64,000 nucleotides of DNA from an uncultured Chloroflexia bacterium (GCA_963763655.1 CAVXPY010000043.1:49283-113282); one strand, 5' to 3'; shown: positions 1-10,683, counted from the first letter of the stretch. Notes: generated by a model not told the origin, from the sequence alone. Numbers and translations are program-made.

Positions 1-1
1 A

Positions 2-919
2 GTGATCGCGACACCGCCGATGGAGCGCCGCTCTCTCTGCCTCGCGCTCGCAGATGCGGGTTGCGCCTTGCTCATCGAGAAACCCATGACGGTCGATCTC
101 GCGGATGCGATGGCCATTGCCAATCATTGTCAGCAGGTCGGACAACGCTGCTTCATCGCGATGAACTTCCGCTTTGCTGCGACAACCGTTGCGGCACGAA
201 CCATCCTCCAACGGGGCGATCTTGGTGCGCCGGGGATGGCACACCTGACCTACTGGCGGAACCGTCATGGCTGGGCATCAGGATTGAATAAATATCCCCT
301 GACGATGCGCCAGCCGATGCTGTGGGAGCAAACCGTCCATCACCTCGATCTCATCCGTCATTGCTACGATGCCGAGGTGCGCACCGTCACCGCGACGACC
401 AGTAACCCGGCGTGGAGTGACTACGCGGACGATGCGACGGTCTGTGCGACCTTGACGCTCACCAGCGGCATGATCGTGCAGTACACCGGCACCTGGGCCG
501 CGCGTACTGCACGCGATACCTTCACCTGGCGAACCGACTGCGCGCGCGGTGCGCTCGTGCAGACCGCGCTTTTCGACGGGCTGCATATCGTGCATGATGG
601 TACCGAGGCGATGGAGTACGTGCCATTGCCGGTGCAGGAGCCATTTATGGACGATGTTCGGCTCCTTCTGCGGGCGGTGCTACACGATCTTTCTACCGGC
701 GATGACCGTGCCCCGCGCGTGGACGATCATATCCGAACGCTCGCGGTAACGGCGGCCATCGAAGCATCGGCAGATCTCGGGATGCGCGTCCACGTCCCCT
801 CCTTCGCCGCCGCTTACGGTATCTCGATCCAATCCGACGCCATCGCCATAGCGGGAGAGCGACAACACCATAGCACTCAGCACTCAGTCACTGTAGGGAT
901 ACCCAGCACTCAGCACTAG
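2..919 (+). CDS. Gfo/Idh/MocA-family oxidoreductase, C-terminal part (5' end lies outside the window)
   Basis: ORF 2..919. It has the 'LLIEKPM' EKP motif and the C-terminal alpha/beta domain typical of Gfo/Idh/MocA dehydrogenases. The last codons and the TAG stop are encoded inside a CACTCAG heptamer array. Confidence 0.7.
   Translation: MIATPPMERRSLCLALADAGCALLIEKPMTVDLADAMAIANHCQQVGQRCFIAMNFRFAATTVAARTILQRGDLGAPGMAHLTYWRNRHGWASGLNKYPLTMRQPMLWEQTVHHLDLIRHCYDAEVRTVTATTSNPAWSDYADDATVCATLTLTSGMIVQYTGTWAARTARDTFTWRTDCARGALVQTALFDGLHIVHDGTEAMEYVPLPVQEPFMDDVRLLLRAVLHDLSTGDDRAPRVDDHIRTLAVTAAIEASADLGMRVHVPSFAAAYGISIQSDAIAIAGERQHHSTQHSVTVGIPSTQH
872..918. repeat. tandem heptanucleotide array (CACTCAG/AGCACTC units, 2+2 copies around a 17-nt spacer)
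   Basis: Direct inspection: agcactcagcactcag tcactgtagggataccc agcactcagcactag. It overlaps the stop codon of the upstream gene. Confidence 0.7.
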
Positions 920-940
920 CGCGACCGAAGGGAGCGGCTT

Positions 941-2146
941 GTGGCACGGACAGCGGAGGCCATTGTCGTTGGCGGTGGCGTGAATGGCACGAGTACCGCC
1001 TTCCATCTCGCCGAGCGGGGCATCAAGACGATCCTGATCGACCGGGGCGAGATCGCTGGCGCAAGTACGGGCAAATCGGGTGGCCTCGTCCGTATGCACT
1101 ACACGAACCCGTACGAGGCACGGCTGGCGAACGAGAGTTTGCCCTACTTCCGGGATTGGCGGCATCGCGTGGGCATCGGCGACCCCGGTTTCGCGCGCAC
1201 GGGGTTCATCCAGACCGTCACGCCCCGGAACGTCGCGGCCTTGTCCGACAATGTCCGCATGTTGCAGGGCATCGGCGTCAACACCTGCATCGTCAATGGC
1301 GATGATGTGCGGCGGATGCAGCCGTGGGTCGATACGGACGACCTGATTGCCTGTGCCTACGAACCCGATTCCGGTTGCGCGATGCCGGGTGACACAGCGC
1401 GCTCCTTCGCGCGGGCGGCGGAACGACTCGGCGCAGAGATCGTCACCGGCACGACGGTGACGGCGCTACGGACGGACGCCGGGCGCGTTGTGGGTGTCTC
1501 CACCGATGGCGGCGATTTCGACGCGCCGCTCGTCATCGTCTGCGCGGGTGTCTGGGGGGTATCGCTCTTCGCCAGGATCGGTATCGACCTCCCCATCGTC
1601 GCGCACCGCACGCAAGTGGTCCTCTTCGCCCGGCAGGGAGCACTGCCGCGTGGTGCGGACGGCCACATGGTCTTCATCGATACGGCGCTCGGCTCGTATT
1701 TCCGACCGTACGGAGAGCGCGAGACGCTAATCGGTGTGCGGCAGCGCTCCCGCTTCGCGCCCTCTGCCGATCAGTACGACGAGCGAGCCGACCCAGAAAT
1801 TGTCGCGGACTCGAGGCAAACGATTGCGCGGCGCATCCCCGATATGGAGGGTGCGACGGTGACGCGCGATTGGGCGGGCATCCTCGATATGACACCGGAT
1901 CATTGCCCGATCTTGGAGGCGAACCTCGGCGCGGACGGCCTCTATCTCGCCGCCGGATTCAGCGGCAGCGGCTTCAAGAGTGGCCCCTATGTCGGGCATC
2001 TGATGGCCACCTGGGCCGCCACCGGCACGCAGCCCGAGGCCGCAGCACCCTTCCCACTCGCCCGATTCGCGGCAGGCGAATTAATCGCACCCGCGCATCC
2101 CTATGTCGATGATGGCGGGGAGACGGTGTCCTCCGTTCCGCACTAA
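941..2146 (+). CDS. FAD-dependent oxidoreductase (DAO family; sarcosine oxidase beta / glycine oxidase-like)
   Basis: 401-aa ORF with an N-terminal 'IVVGGGVNG' Rossmann FAD-binding motif. Length and C-terminal region fit DAO-family enzymes. It starts 22 nt after the preceding gene. Confidence 0.75.
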   Translation: MARTAEAIVVGGGVNGTSTAFHLAERGIKTILIDRGEIAGASTGKSGGLVRMHYTNPYEARLANESLPYFRDWRHRVGIGDPGFARTGFIQTVTPRNVAALSDNVRMLQGIGVNTCIVNGDDVRRMQPWVDTDDLIACAYEPDSGCAMPGDTARSFARAAERLGAEIVTGTTVTALRTDAGRVVGVSTDGGDFDAPLVIVCAGVWGVSLFARIGIDLPIVAHRTQVVLFARQGALPRGADGHMVFIDTALGSYFRPYGERETLIGVRQRSRFAPSADQYDERADPEIVADSRQTIARRIPDMEGATVTRDWAGILDMTPDHCPILEANLGADGLYLAAGFSGSGFKSGPYVGHLMATWAATGTQPEAAAPFPLARFAAGELIAPAHPYVDDGGETVSSVPH

Positions 2147-2253
2147 TCGAGGCGTTCGTCACATGCATACCAGATAATCCGTAATTTATGGTCTACCTCC
2201 CATCAAAGCCAGCGATCTGGATGCGGAGTCAGGGCCTGTGTGTTCTCGATCGA

Positions 2254-2388
2254 CCTCACCCCCCAACCCCCTCTCCATCAAGTGGAAAGGGGGAGCGACC
2301 TATGCAATGCCTCGGTGTATGAGGAACGCCACGGCAAATACCGCGAGGCATCCCTCTCCACGCAGATGGAGAGGGGCCGGGGGTGAGG
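2254..2388. repeat. family-A hairpin element (arms CCTCACCCCC..CCTCTCCATC and GATGGAGAGGGGCCGGGGGTGAGG), copy 1 with a long (~80 nt) loop
   Basis: The inverted arms are seen directly. The same arms recur at 11495, 22041, 29136 and 63221. The right arm contains a nested hairpin ctctccacgcagatggagag. Confidence 0.65.
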
Positions 2389-2490
2389 TCTTCAATTATG
2401 AAATTATTGCACCTTTGCTCTTGCAAGCGGTGCGAAATGAAGCGACAATCGTCTCTCCGGCAGGGGTGCTCGTCGTACTGATGCGATGCA

Positions 2491-4398
2491 TTGGTACACC
2501 GTTGGAGTGCATGGATGATCAGTCGTTTTCGCCCCACCATGCGCAGGGCGGCGCGTGGGCACTTTCGCGCACCGACCCGCATCTTCATCGTCGCGACACT
2601 GATTGTCGTCGCGTGGGTCTCGCGTACCGGGATCGTGCAGATGCAGGCGGTCGATACCACCTACACGAACCCCCTCACCATCGAAGTAACCACGACGGGA
2701 CCGTTCGAGAGTTGCCCGGACCCGGCGGTCATTCATGGTCAGCAGGCGGGCGACCTCTTCTGGTACATGTACTGCACGACGAACCCGCTCAATGACGCGG
2801 ACCGCAGCGCGAGCGGCAGACTTAACGGTCATTTCCTGCCAATGCTTCGCTCCCGCGATCTCATCCACTGGACGTACATGGGTGATGTCTTCAGTGACCG
2901 TCCCGCATGGCTCGCTGGATTCAGTGGTCTCTGGGCCCCCGATATTCAGTTCTTCAATGACCAGTACTATCTGTACTACACCACGAATGGGACGCAAACC
3001 CCGGGCCGTGGCAGTGCCATCGGCGTCGCCACCAGCCCTGGCCCGACCGGCCCCTGGACCGATAGCGGTGGGCCGGTGGTCGAACCCCAGGCGCTCGCCA
3101 GCGGTGGGCGGTCCGGACGCTGGATCTATGACCCCGCTGTCGCGACGGATGAGAGCGGCCAACGCTACCTCTTCTATGGGAGCTTCGTTGGCGGCGTCTC
3201 GGCGCGTCGGCTCTCTCCGGATGGGCTCCATACCGACCCCGCCACCGATGTACCGATCGCGGCTGCGAATCGTTACGAGGGGGTCTCCGTCGTCAAGCAT
3301 GACGGGGCGTACTTCATGTTTGCCTCTGCGGGCGAGTGTTGCAATGGTCTGCTCTCGGGCTACAGCGTATTCGTCGGGCGTGCGACAACGATCCTCGGGC
3401 CATATGTCGATCGTGCGGGGGTCTCGCTGCTTGCGGGCAGAGTAGGGGGCACGCCGGTCCTGAGTGCGAATGGGAACCGATGGATTGGCCCTGGCCACAA
3501 TACCGTCCTGACCGACTTCGCGGGCCAGGACTGGATGCTCTATCACGCGGTGGATCGCGATAATCCCTACTTCGCGGGGACGAATATTACCAAACGACCC
3601 GTCCTTCTCGATCCGCTCGATTGGGTTGATGGCTGGCCCATCGTGCGTCAAGGGCTCGGCCCCTCCGATACCGCGCAGCGTGCCCCCGCCGCTCAACCGG
3701 GAGAGTCCTATCGCCCGGTAACAAGCGACCCACGCGACGACCTGCTCGGGAAACTCGACCCCGTGCGCTCAATCGATTTCTCTGCATTGCTGCCGGGTGA
3801 TGATGGCGCGTTCCCCACCTCGCCGACCGGCTTGTGGGGTTGGATTCGCCCGCCTTCGCCCGAAACGGTCAATCTCGCGGGTGGAACGTTGCGCTTCGCG
3901 ACCCAAGCAGGAACCCTCGAAGATCATCGCCCGGGTATTCTCACGGTCGCGCCACCGGCGGGGGATTACATAGTAGAGACGCGCGTGCGGCTTGATGTGC
4001 CGCCGGAGGGATGTTGCCAGAACTTCGTGCAGGCGGGCCTGGTGATCTATGGGGACGACGGGAACTATCTCGAACTCGCCCACCTCTCTCGGGAGCAGAC
4101 GCGCCAGATCGTCTTCACCAAGGCCGTCGATCCCGTGCCGCCACGCACCCCGCACACGGGAAACGCCGTCGTGGGATCGCCCGACACGCTGACGTACTTG
4201 CGCATCGTGAAACGCACGCAGGGAGACCAGGAAGTCTACACGGCCTATTCAAGCCGGGACGGGGTTGAATGGACACGGGGCAGCACCTGGACCGATACAC
4301 TGGGTGCGAATGCCCGCGTCGGGATCGTGGCGATGGGTGGCACGGGCTTCACCGCGAACTTCGACTACATTCACTTCTATACACCGCCGTCTCGATAG
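2491..4398 (+). CDS. glycoside hydrolase family 43 protein (xylosidase/arabinanase-like) with an N-terminal membrane anchor and a C-terminal beta-sandwich domain
   Basis: 635-aa ORF with a hydrophobic N-terminus (IFIVATLIVVAWV). GH43 propeller-like blocks are present (WAPDIQFFNDQYYLYYT, YLFYGSF, MFASAGEC, MLYHAV). The C-terminal ~200 aa resemble a concanavalin/laminin-G-like domain. Several candidate starts lie between 2491 and 2539. Confidence 0.75.
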   Translation: MVHRWSAWMISRFRPTMRRAARGHFRAPTRIFIVATLIVVAWVSRTGIVQMQAVDTTYTNPLTIEVTTTGPFESCPDPAVIHGQQAGDLFWYMYCTTNPLNDADRSASGRLNGHFLPMLRSRDLIHWTYMGDVFSDRPAWLAGFSGLWAPDIQFFNDQYYLYYTTNGTQTPGRGSAIGVATSPGPTGPWTDSGGPVVEPQALASGGRSGRWIYDPAVATDESGQRYLFYGSFVGGVSARRLSPDGLHTDPATDVPIAAANRYEGVSVVKHDGAYFMFASAGECCNGLLSGYSVFVGRATTILGPYVDRAGVSLLAGRVGGTPVLSANGNRWIGPGHNTVLTDFAGQDWMLYHAVDRDNPYFAGTNITKRPVLLDPLDWVDGWPIVRQGLGPSDTAQRAPAAQPGESYRPVTSDPRDDLLGKLDPVRSIDFSALLPGDDGAFPTSPTGLWGWIRPPSPETVNLAGGTLRFATQAGTLEDHRPGILTVAPPAGDYIVETRVRLDVPPEGCCQNFVQAGLVIYGDDGNYLELAHLSREQTRQIVFTKAVDPVPPRTPHTGNAVVGSPDTLTYLRIVKRTQGDQEVYTAYSSRDGVEWTRGSTWTDTLGANARVGIVAMGGTGFTANFDYIHFYTPPSR

Positions 4399-4611
4399 CC
4401 GTGCGGCGCCATTTCTCCGGCGCGGTCTGTCGCACCTCGGCGGAACCATTGGGCTTTCTCCTTCGTCAATACCATCGAGGCCGTACGGTCCGGGCGTCGT
4501 GTGCCCGCGATTCGGTGATTTCGTCAGCAAAGCGTAAGAACTCGGCAAGCAATCGACAAGCTGCCACCGCTAGACTCCTGTAGGGAAGCGACCCATACAG
4601 GAGGTGAGTCG

Positions 4612-4737
4612 GTGCGCGCGAGAACCATCACAGTACCCCCGATCCCCAATGCGTCTATGAACACTATCGTGGGGCGCGGACTGCCTTCATTGCGATTGAG
4701 CCGCGCATTGATGCTGGCATTGGCGATGGAGAGATGA
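4612..4737 (+). CDS. candidate small ORF (41 aa) translationally coupled to the downstream methyltransferase
   Basis: A strong SD (ACAGGAGGTGAGTC) precedes a GTG at 4612. The stop TGA overlaps the ATG of the next gene (gagATGAcg). No homology is recognisable. Confidence 0.25.
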   Translation: MRARTITVPPIPNASMNTIVGRGLPSLRLSRALMLALAMER

Positions 4738-5504
4738 CGCAAACGATCACGTCTCCGATCACGTCCCCTCCGGTCCATCGGTCAGATGTCATGCCGCATC
4801 GATTGCCTCGGTCGCAATCGCCATTTGTTCCCGCTTCTGGCTCGGTCTACGAGCACGCTGCGGCACAGTACGCCGACTATCGCCTGCACGCCTGTCCGGA
4901 CGATCGGGCTGTGGGTATGATGGCGCTAAATCTCTCGCACGCGCGGCACGTCGCGGAAGTCGGCTGCGGCCCCGGATTCTATGCGCCGGTGATCGCCGCC
5001 CACTATCCTGCGGTACACGTCACGGGCATCGATAACTCCCCCGCACAAATCGCGCTGGCCCGGAGGAAGGTTGCCCAGATGGGCCTGCCGAACGCGCGTT
5101 TCGTCTGCGATGACGCCTGCGCCCTTTCCCAACCGGACAGACACTTCGATCGAGTCGTCGCTTCGCGATTGTTTATGGTGGTGCATGATCCGCTCCGCGC
5201 GATCGCGGAACTGCGGCGCGTCCTTGCGCCGGGCGGCGTGCTTCTCCTCGTCGAACCCCTCGCCGCTCCGGCGATCCGTTTTGCCGACTGGGCGCAGGTG
5301 CCGACGCCTGCGGAGCGCATTTTTTCTGCCGCGTCATTCGCGGCGCTCATTGCATCGGTCACATGGGGTACCTGCGCGTGTTGGGTAGCGGGCGGTTACC
5401 GCTTCGCCCGCTGCCGTAAAGCGGTTCATGCATATGATGGGGGAGAGACAGCCAATGGCTATTCAGGAAATGCAGCCAGTCACGGTCGAGATACCTGCGC
5501 ATAG
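4734..5504 (+). CDS. class I SAM-dependent methyltransferase
   Basis: 256-aa ORF with motif I 'VAEVGCGPGFY' and motif post-I 'VTGIDNS'. The 3' end overlaps the next gene by ~50 nt, so the C-terminus is uncertain. Confidence 0.7.
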   Translation: MTQTITSPITSPPVHRSDVMPHRLPRSQSPFVPASGSVYEHAAAQYADYRLHACPDDRAVGMMALNLSHARHVAEVGCGPGFYAPVIAAHYPAVHVTGIDNSPAQIALARRKVAQMGLPNARFVCDDACALSQPDRHFDRVVASRLFMVVHDPLRAIAELRRVLAPGGVLLLVEPLAAPAIRFADWAQVPTPAERIFSAASFAALIASVTWGTCACWVAGGYRFARCRKAVHAYDGGETANGYSGNAASHGRDTCA

Positions 5505-7098
5505 CCCCGCACGCGGCACCGCGCGATGGTTGCGGGCGCTCGCCGCCGGGCTGGTCGGTGGGGTGCTCGCGACGCTCGTGATGCTCCTTGCGATGATCGG
5601 GTTGCGCGTCTGGTTCGGTGTCCCCGCGCCACCGGAGAGTATCCCGGATCGGATCGCCCCGCTCCTGCGTATCCCGGAGTTTTTCTCGCTCTTCGACCGC
5701 TTCGGTGGCTATAACGGACTCAAACGCTTTGGCGTCCTCTCCATTCTCAGTGGCATGATCGCCGTCGGTATCGCGGTCAGCCTCGTGTACGCCCTACTCA
5801 TCGAAAATAGCCGCACCGCAGAGCCGACCCTGCCGCGTCGCTTCGGGCTCAGTCTGATACCGCTGATCTTCATCGCCAGTGTTGTCGCGCTGCTCTGGAT
5901 CGGCACGGTCGCCCTCCTCTGGCCGGTGCTCGGCGCGAACTTTCGGGGCCTCTCTCCCGGCCCGGCAATGGTGCTGACGATCTTCGGGCTCCTTTTCTCC
6001 TATCTGCTCTTCTGCGTCACCCTCGTTGCGGTGTACCGCGCGCTCACAAGCGACGCAAGGATTCGGGAGGCGGCACCGGTGGGTGGGCAACTGCTCGGTC
6101 GCCGGGCTGCCATCGCCGGGGGCATGGCGGTTGTCGCGGGGATCGGCGTGCGTGTCAGCATTGCCCGCCTTAACCGTCGCGCGGTCTTCACCTACGACGG
6201 TCTCCAGTACCGAGGGGCCGATGTCCAGCCGATCACCCCGAATGACCGCTTTTACTCCGTCACGAAGAACGTCGTCGATCCTAATCCGACGAAAGCGTTC
6301 TGGCGCCTGGAAGTTGGCGGGAGGGTGGATCATCGCCGGACGTACTCCTATGGCGATCTCGCCGCGCTCGCGCCGACGGAGCAGGAGACGACCTTGATGT
6401 GCATCAGCAACGGCATCGATGCGGGCCTGATGAGCAATGCGAAGTGGAAAGGCGTGCCGTTGCGCGCGATCCTGGATACGGCAAGCCCGCACGCGGGAGC
6501 GGTAGAAGTCAAGCTCAGTGGCGCGGATGGCTACACCGATACGATTCCCTTCGCGAAGGCGATGGAGCCAACGACGCTCGTCGTCTACGGGATGAACGGC
6601 GAGCCGTTGCCGGAGCGGCATGGCTATCCCGTCCGCGTCATCGTCCCCGGCATGTATGGCGAGAAGAGCGTGAAGTGGGTGACGCGCATCGAAGTCGTCG
6701 ATCATCCGGTCAAGGGGTTCTACGCGCAACAGGGCTGGGGGCCGGACTTCGTCATCCCGACGCGCTCGCGGATCGACGTTCCCGATGGGGGCACGTCATT
6801 CCCCGCCGGGATGCCGACGAAACTCCGGGGCGTCGCCTTCGGGGGCAATCGCGGGGTGTCGCGCGTCGAGGTCAGCACGGACGATGGTGCGACCTGGCAG
6901 GATGCCCGCATCGACTATCCGGGCACGCAGCTTTCCTGGGCGCTCTGGAGCGCCGATTGGACCCCTGCGCGGCCCGGCATGTATCGCCTGACGGTGCGGG
7001 CCACCGACGGGACGGGGGCGCTCCAGATCTCCGCCTTCCATGACATCGTGCCGCAAGGCACGCGCGGGTATCACGGCGTGACTGTCCGCGTTGTCTAG
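5428..7098 (+). CDS. membrane-anchored molybdopterin-dependent oxidoreductase (sulfite-oxidase/MsrP fold) fused to an N-terminal polytopic membrane domain
   Basis: The N-terminal ~230 aa have 5-6 predicted TM helices. The C-terminal half has the SUOX-fold Mo-binding block with the conserved Cys (TTLMCISNG) and a dimerisation/Ig-like domain. An ATG at 5455 with a GGGGGAG SD is a likely start. Confidence 0.75.
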   Translation: MHMMGERQPMAIQEMQPVTVEIPAHSPARGTARWLRALAAGLVGGVLATLVMLLAMIGLRVWFGVPAPPESIPDRIAPLLRIPEFFSLFDRFGGYNGLKRFGVLSILSGMIAVGIAVSLVYALLIENSRTAEPTLPRRFGLSLIPLIFIASVVALLWIGTVALLWPVLGANFRGLSPGPAMVLTIFGLLFSYLLFCVTLVAVYRALTSDARIREAAPVGGQLLGRRAAIAGGMAVVAGIGVRVSIARLNRRAVFTYDGLQYRGADVQPITPNDRFYSVTKNVVDPNPTKAFWRLEVGGRVDHRRTYSYGDLAALAPTEQETTLMCISNGIDAGLMSNAKWKGVPLRAILDTASPHAGAVEVKLSGADGYTDTIPFAKAMEPTTLVVYGMNGEPLPERHGYPVRVIVPGMYGEKSVKWVTRIEVVDHPVKGFYAQQGWGPDFVIPTRSRIDVPDGGTSFPAGMPTKLRGVAFGGNRGVSRVEVSTDDGATWQDARIDYPGTQLSWALWSADWTPARPGMYRLTVRATDGTGALQISAFHDIVPQGTRGYHGVTVRVV

Positions 7099-8726
7099 CG
7101 TGCAACAAGAATCGGTCGGAGCGGTCGCGACCGCTCCTGCGCCAAACCCATCCGCTCCCGACGATAGGGAACGCTCTCGTGCTCTGCGCGCTTTCTCGGC
7201 GGTCGTGAGAGGGGCGCGTGCCTGGAACGACTGCCTCGCGGCCTTCGACCGGCGCGAATCGCCGCGACGCGTGGCCCGGATGCTGCTCGATCTCGCCGTG
7301 CTGGCGGTCGCCGGCATCACCATCATCGTTTCAACCTTTGTGATCGCGCAGTGGCGCGTCGTGGCGAGCCATTATCAGACCTTCACCGCACTCTTCGTCC
7401 TGCAACTGGCAATGTACGCGCTGGCCGCCGCCTGGGTCATCGGGCGGCGCCCGCCCGTCCGCTGGACGCTCCTGCTGATCTTCGTCGTTGCCCTGAGCGC
7501 CCGCCTCTCCTTCGTTCCGCAGACGCCGACCGCCTCCGATGACATCTATCGCTATGTCTGGGACGGTCGGATCGAGATGGCGGGCATCAATCCCTATCGC
7601 TACGCACCGAATGATCCTGCGGTCAGTCGCTTCCGGGATACCGCTATCTACCCCGGCATCAATCGCAAGCCCGTGCCGACGATCTACCCGCCCGTCGCGC
7701 AGGGGGCTTTTCGCCTCATCTATCTCGTGCATCCCGACAGTGTCGCGTGGACCAAGCTGGCGCTCTCCCTGCTCGACCTCGTCACGATTGCGGCCCTTGT
7801 CGGGCTCCTTATCCGTGCGGGGAAGCGGCCTGAGCGCGTCCTGCTCTATGCCTGGCATCCGCTCCTCATCCTCGAAGTGGGGCATAGCGGTCACATCGAC
7901 GTGCTGGCCGCGCTCTTCATCGTCCTCGCGCTCCGGGCACGCGCTGCGGAGCGCGATGCAGCCTACCGGCGTGCTGATTGCCTGCGCGACGCTCGTCAAG
8001 TTCTATGCACTCGTCGCACTGCCCGCGCTCCTGCCCCCCTCGCGCCGCCGCACCTTCCGCGTGCTGCTCGGCGTGCTCGCCACGACCGTGCTCGCCTATC
8101 TGCCCTTTCTCTCGGTCGGTGCGCGCGTGTTCGGGTACTTGCCCGGCTATGTGCAGGAGGAGGGCATCACCTCCGGCAAACGCTACTACCTCCTGCATCA
8201 GGCGGTCGGACTCGTGGATCGGTTGCCGGGAGATGTCCCGGCGCTGCTTGCCCGCACCCCTCTCGCGGTACTCTCCCTGACGACGTGGTATCAGGGGGGC
8301 ATTCTTGTGGCGATGCTGGCGTGTGCCTGCGGATGCTGGTTCTGGCCGCCTTCGTCACTCTCCGGTGTGGCGGACCGGATCGCCCTGCTCTTCATCGTGC
8401 TCCTGACGCTCGCGACGCCAAGCCAGCCGTGGTACGTGTTGCTGCTGCTCGTCTGCGTGCCCCTGGTGCGGCGCGCATTCCTCCTGCCGGCGAGTATCGT
8501 CGTCGGAAGCGCGGGGTTCGGCTATCTCTATGAGTGGTTCCCCCACTTCCCCAAATGGCCGCTGATCCTTGACTATGATGGTCGAGCGCTCGCCCTCGCG
8601 CTCTTTCTCTCCCTCGCCGCCGTCATCTGGCATCGCGAGCGCCGTGAGATCGTTGCACCCGCCGATCCTCCCGAACCTGCACGCCGATATGGTATCCTGC
8701 GGCGCGGCGGGGATCGCGGTGCGTGA
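7091..8726 (+). CDS. GT87/DUF2029-family polytopic membrane glycosyltransferase (mannosyltransferase-like); one apparent frameshift near 7960
   Basis: Two overlapping ORFs (7091..8533 and 7539..8726) join into one >500-aa protein with 10 or more TM helices and a DUF2029-like profile. The frame switches between '...FIVLALRARAAE' and 'MQPTGVLIACATLVKFYAL...'. Confidence 0.6.
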
Positions 8727-8738
8727 GGAGGGTTTCGG

Positions 8739-9762
8739 GTGAGTGTTGCGCCGATTGGCGTCGGGTTGTTGGGGTTAGGGACGGTCGGAGCGGCGGTCGC
8801 GCGGGCGCTTGCGGAGCAGGAGCAGCACGTCATGCGCCATCTCGGTCGTCCGGTGCGGCTCGTGGCGGTATTGGAGCGCGGGCCGGAACGTGCCGCGCGC
8901 GCCGACCTCGCGCCCGATCTCGATCCGGACCGATGGCGCGGCGGTCGTCGATGACCCGGCCGTGCAGATCATCGTCGAGGTGCTCGGCGGCGAGGAACCG
9001 GCGCATACGCTGATCGACCGCGCCTTGCGCGCCGGGAAGCCGGTCGTCACGGCGAACAAGGAGACGCTGGCGAAGCATGGCGGCGCGCTCTTTCCCGCTC
9101 GCGGTGGCACGGCGCGTGCCGCTGCTCTGTGAAGCGTCGGTCGGTGGCGGTATTCCGCTCTTCGCCGCGCTCCGGCAGGTGCAGGCCGCGAACACGATCA
9201 CGGCCTTCCGGGGCATCGTCAATGGCACGACGAACTTCATCCTCAGCGCGATGACGGAGCACGGCACGAGCTACGCCGATGCCCTCGCGGAGGCCCAACG
9301 CCTCGGCTATGCGGAACCGGACCCGACTGCCGATGTCGAGGGCTACGACGCGACCTATAAAGCGTGCGTGCTCGCGCAAGCCTGTTTCGGCAGTCGCCAT
9401 CGCGCCGGAGCGCGGTCGCGCGCACTGGCATCACGGGCGTGACGGCGCAGCAAGATCGCGGCGGCGAAGGAAGCGGGCGAAGTAATCAAGCTGCTCGCCC
9501 AGGGAACGCATCACGGACGGTGCGATTGCCCTCTCCGTCGCTCCGGCGCGCGTCGCGGCGGCGAGCCCGCTCGGCTCGACGAGCGCGAACTACAATGCGA
9601 TCGAACTGAGCGGCGACCGGGTCGGCCCGGTGCTGCTCGTCGGGCAGGGCGCGGGGCCGCGCCCAACCGCGTCCGCCATCCTCTCGGATATCGTCGATGC
9701 CGCGCGCGTCGTCCTCGGCGCGCCGCCCGAACCCTATTTCGTCCATCTAGGAGGCACCCGGT
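8739..9762 (+). CDS. hom: homoserine dehydrogenase; at least 4 apparent frameshifts
   Basis: The N-terminus 'IGVGLLGLGTVG' (NAD-binding) is followed, in shifted frames, by 'VVTANKETLAKHG', 'GGIPL...IVNGTTNFIL', 'GYAEPDPTADVEGYDATYKACVLAQ' and the C-terminal ACT region '...ILSDIVDAARVVLGAPPEPYFVHLGGTR*'. The frame shifts occur near 8930, 9090, 9400 and 9480. Confidence 0.75.
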
Positions 9763-10585
9763 GAGCGACGACCTCGCGTGGTTGAAAGGAATTCGCGCCC
9801 TCGTCTTCGATATGGACGGCGTGCTCTGGCGCGGCAAGGAAGCATTGCCCGGCCTCAACGAAATCTTCGACTGGATGGCAGGCGGAGCAGATTCCCTATC
9901 TGCTCGCCACGAACAACTCGATGAGCACCGCGCAGATGTACGTCGAGCGGCTGGCAGGGCCACGGCGTGACCGTGCCGAAGGAGACGATCATCACGTCCG
10001 GCATCGCCGTGCGCGATTACCTGCGCGCCGACCTACCCGCCGGATGTGACGGTCGGCGCGGTGGGGATGCAGGCGCTGATCGAAGTGCTCTTCGATGAAG
10101 GCGGCTTCACGCGGGATGATCGCCGCCCGCAGGTGCAGGTCGTCGGGACGGACCTCAATTTCGGCTACGACGACATCAAACGCGCCTGCCTCGCGATCCG
10201 CGCCGGGGCCGCCTTTATCGCCACGAACCCGGACACGACGCTGCCGACCGAGGAAGGCCTGGTGCCGGGTTGCGGCGCGATGATCGCCGCCCTCGTCGCC
10301 TCCACGGATGTGCAGCCAACCGTGATCGGCAAGCCGGAAAAGTACATGTTCGAACTTGCCTGCCAGCGCCTCGGCTTGCAACCGCACGAAGTGCTGATGG
10401 TCGGTGACCGGCTCGATACGGACATTCTCGGGGCGAACCGGATCGGCGCGCGCACCGCGCTCGTCCTCACCGGCGTCTCGCAGCGCGAGGAGGTCGTCAC
10501 CACCGGCATCGAGCCGACCATGATCGCCGCCGACCTCATCGAACTCCTCGACCGCTTGAAAGCGATGCGTAGCAATGAGCAATGA
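9761..10585 (+). CDS. HAD-superfamily hydrolase, subfamily IIA (NagD-like); at least 2 apparent frameshifts
   Basis: GTG start with a GGAGG SD, overlapping the hom stop (GTGA). The motifs 'FDMDGVLW' and 'YLLATNNS' lie in a shifted frame. The C-terminal block 'GKPEKYMFELA...LMVGDRLDTDILGA' is present. Confidence 0.7.
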
Positions 10586-10683
10586 GCGAGCGCCTATGGG
10601 CAGTAGCAATGAGTTCGGGAGCACGAGGTGCGGAGATTGACGCTGAATCCCACTCAGCACTCAGCACTCAGCACTCAGCACTG
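10571..10683. repeat. two adjacent heptanucleotide arrays: (GCAATGA)n at 10571-10613 and (CACTCAG)x4.7 at 10651-10683
   Basis: Direct inspection: agcaatgagcaatgagc...cagtagcaatgag and cactcagcactcagcactcagcactcagcact. Confidence 0.75.

Noticed and set aside
2404-3696. 430-aa minus-strand ORF opposite the GH43 gene
   Set aside because: Antisense to a gene with clear GH43 blocks. Low-complexity Arg/Gly-rich product.
5794-6729. 311-aa minus-strand ORF opposite the molybdoenzyme gene
   Set aside because: Antisense to a gene with the conserved SUOX cysteine motif. No motifs of its own.
9486-9746. Minus-strand ORF within hom
   Set aside because: The plus strand in a shifted frame gives the canonical homoserine dehydrogenase ACT-domain C-terminus, so the minus ORF is antisense noise.
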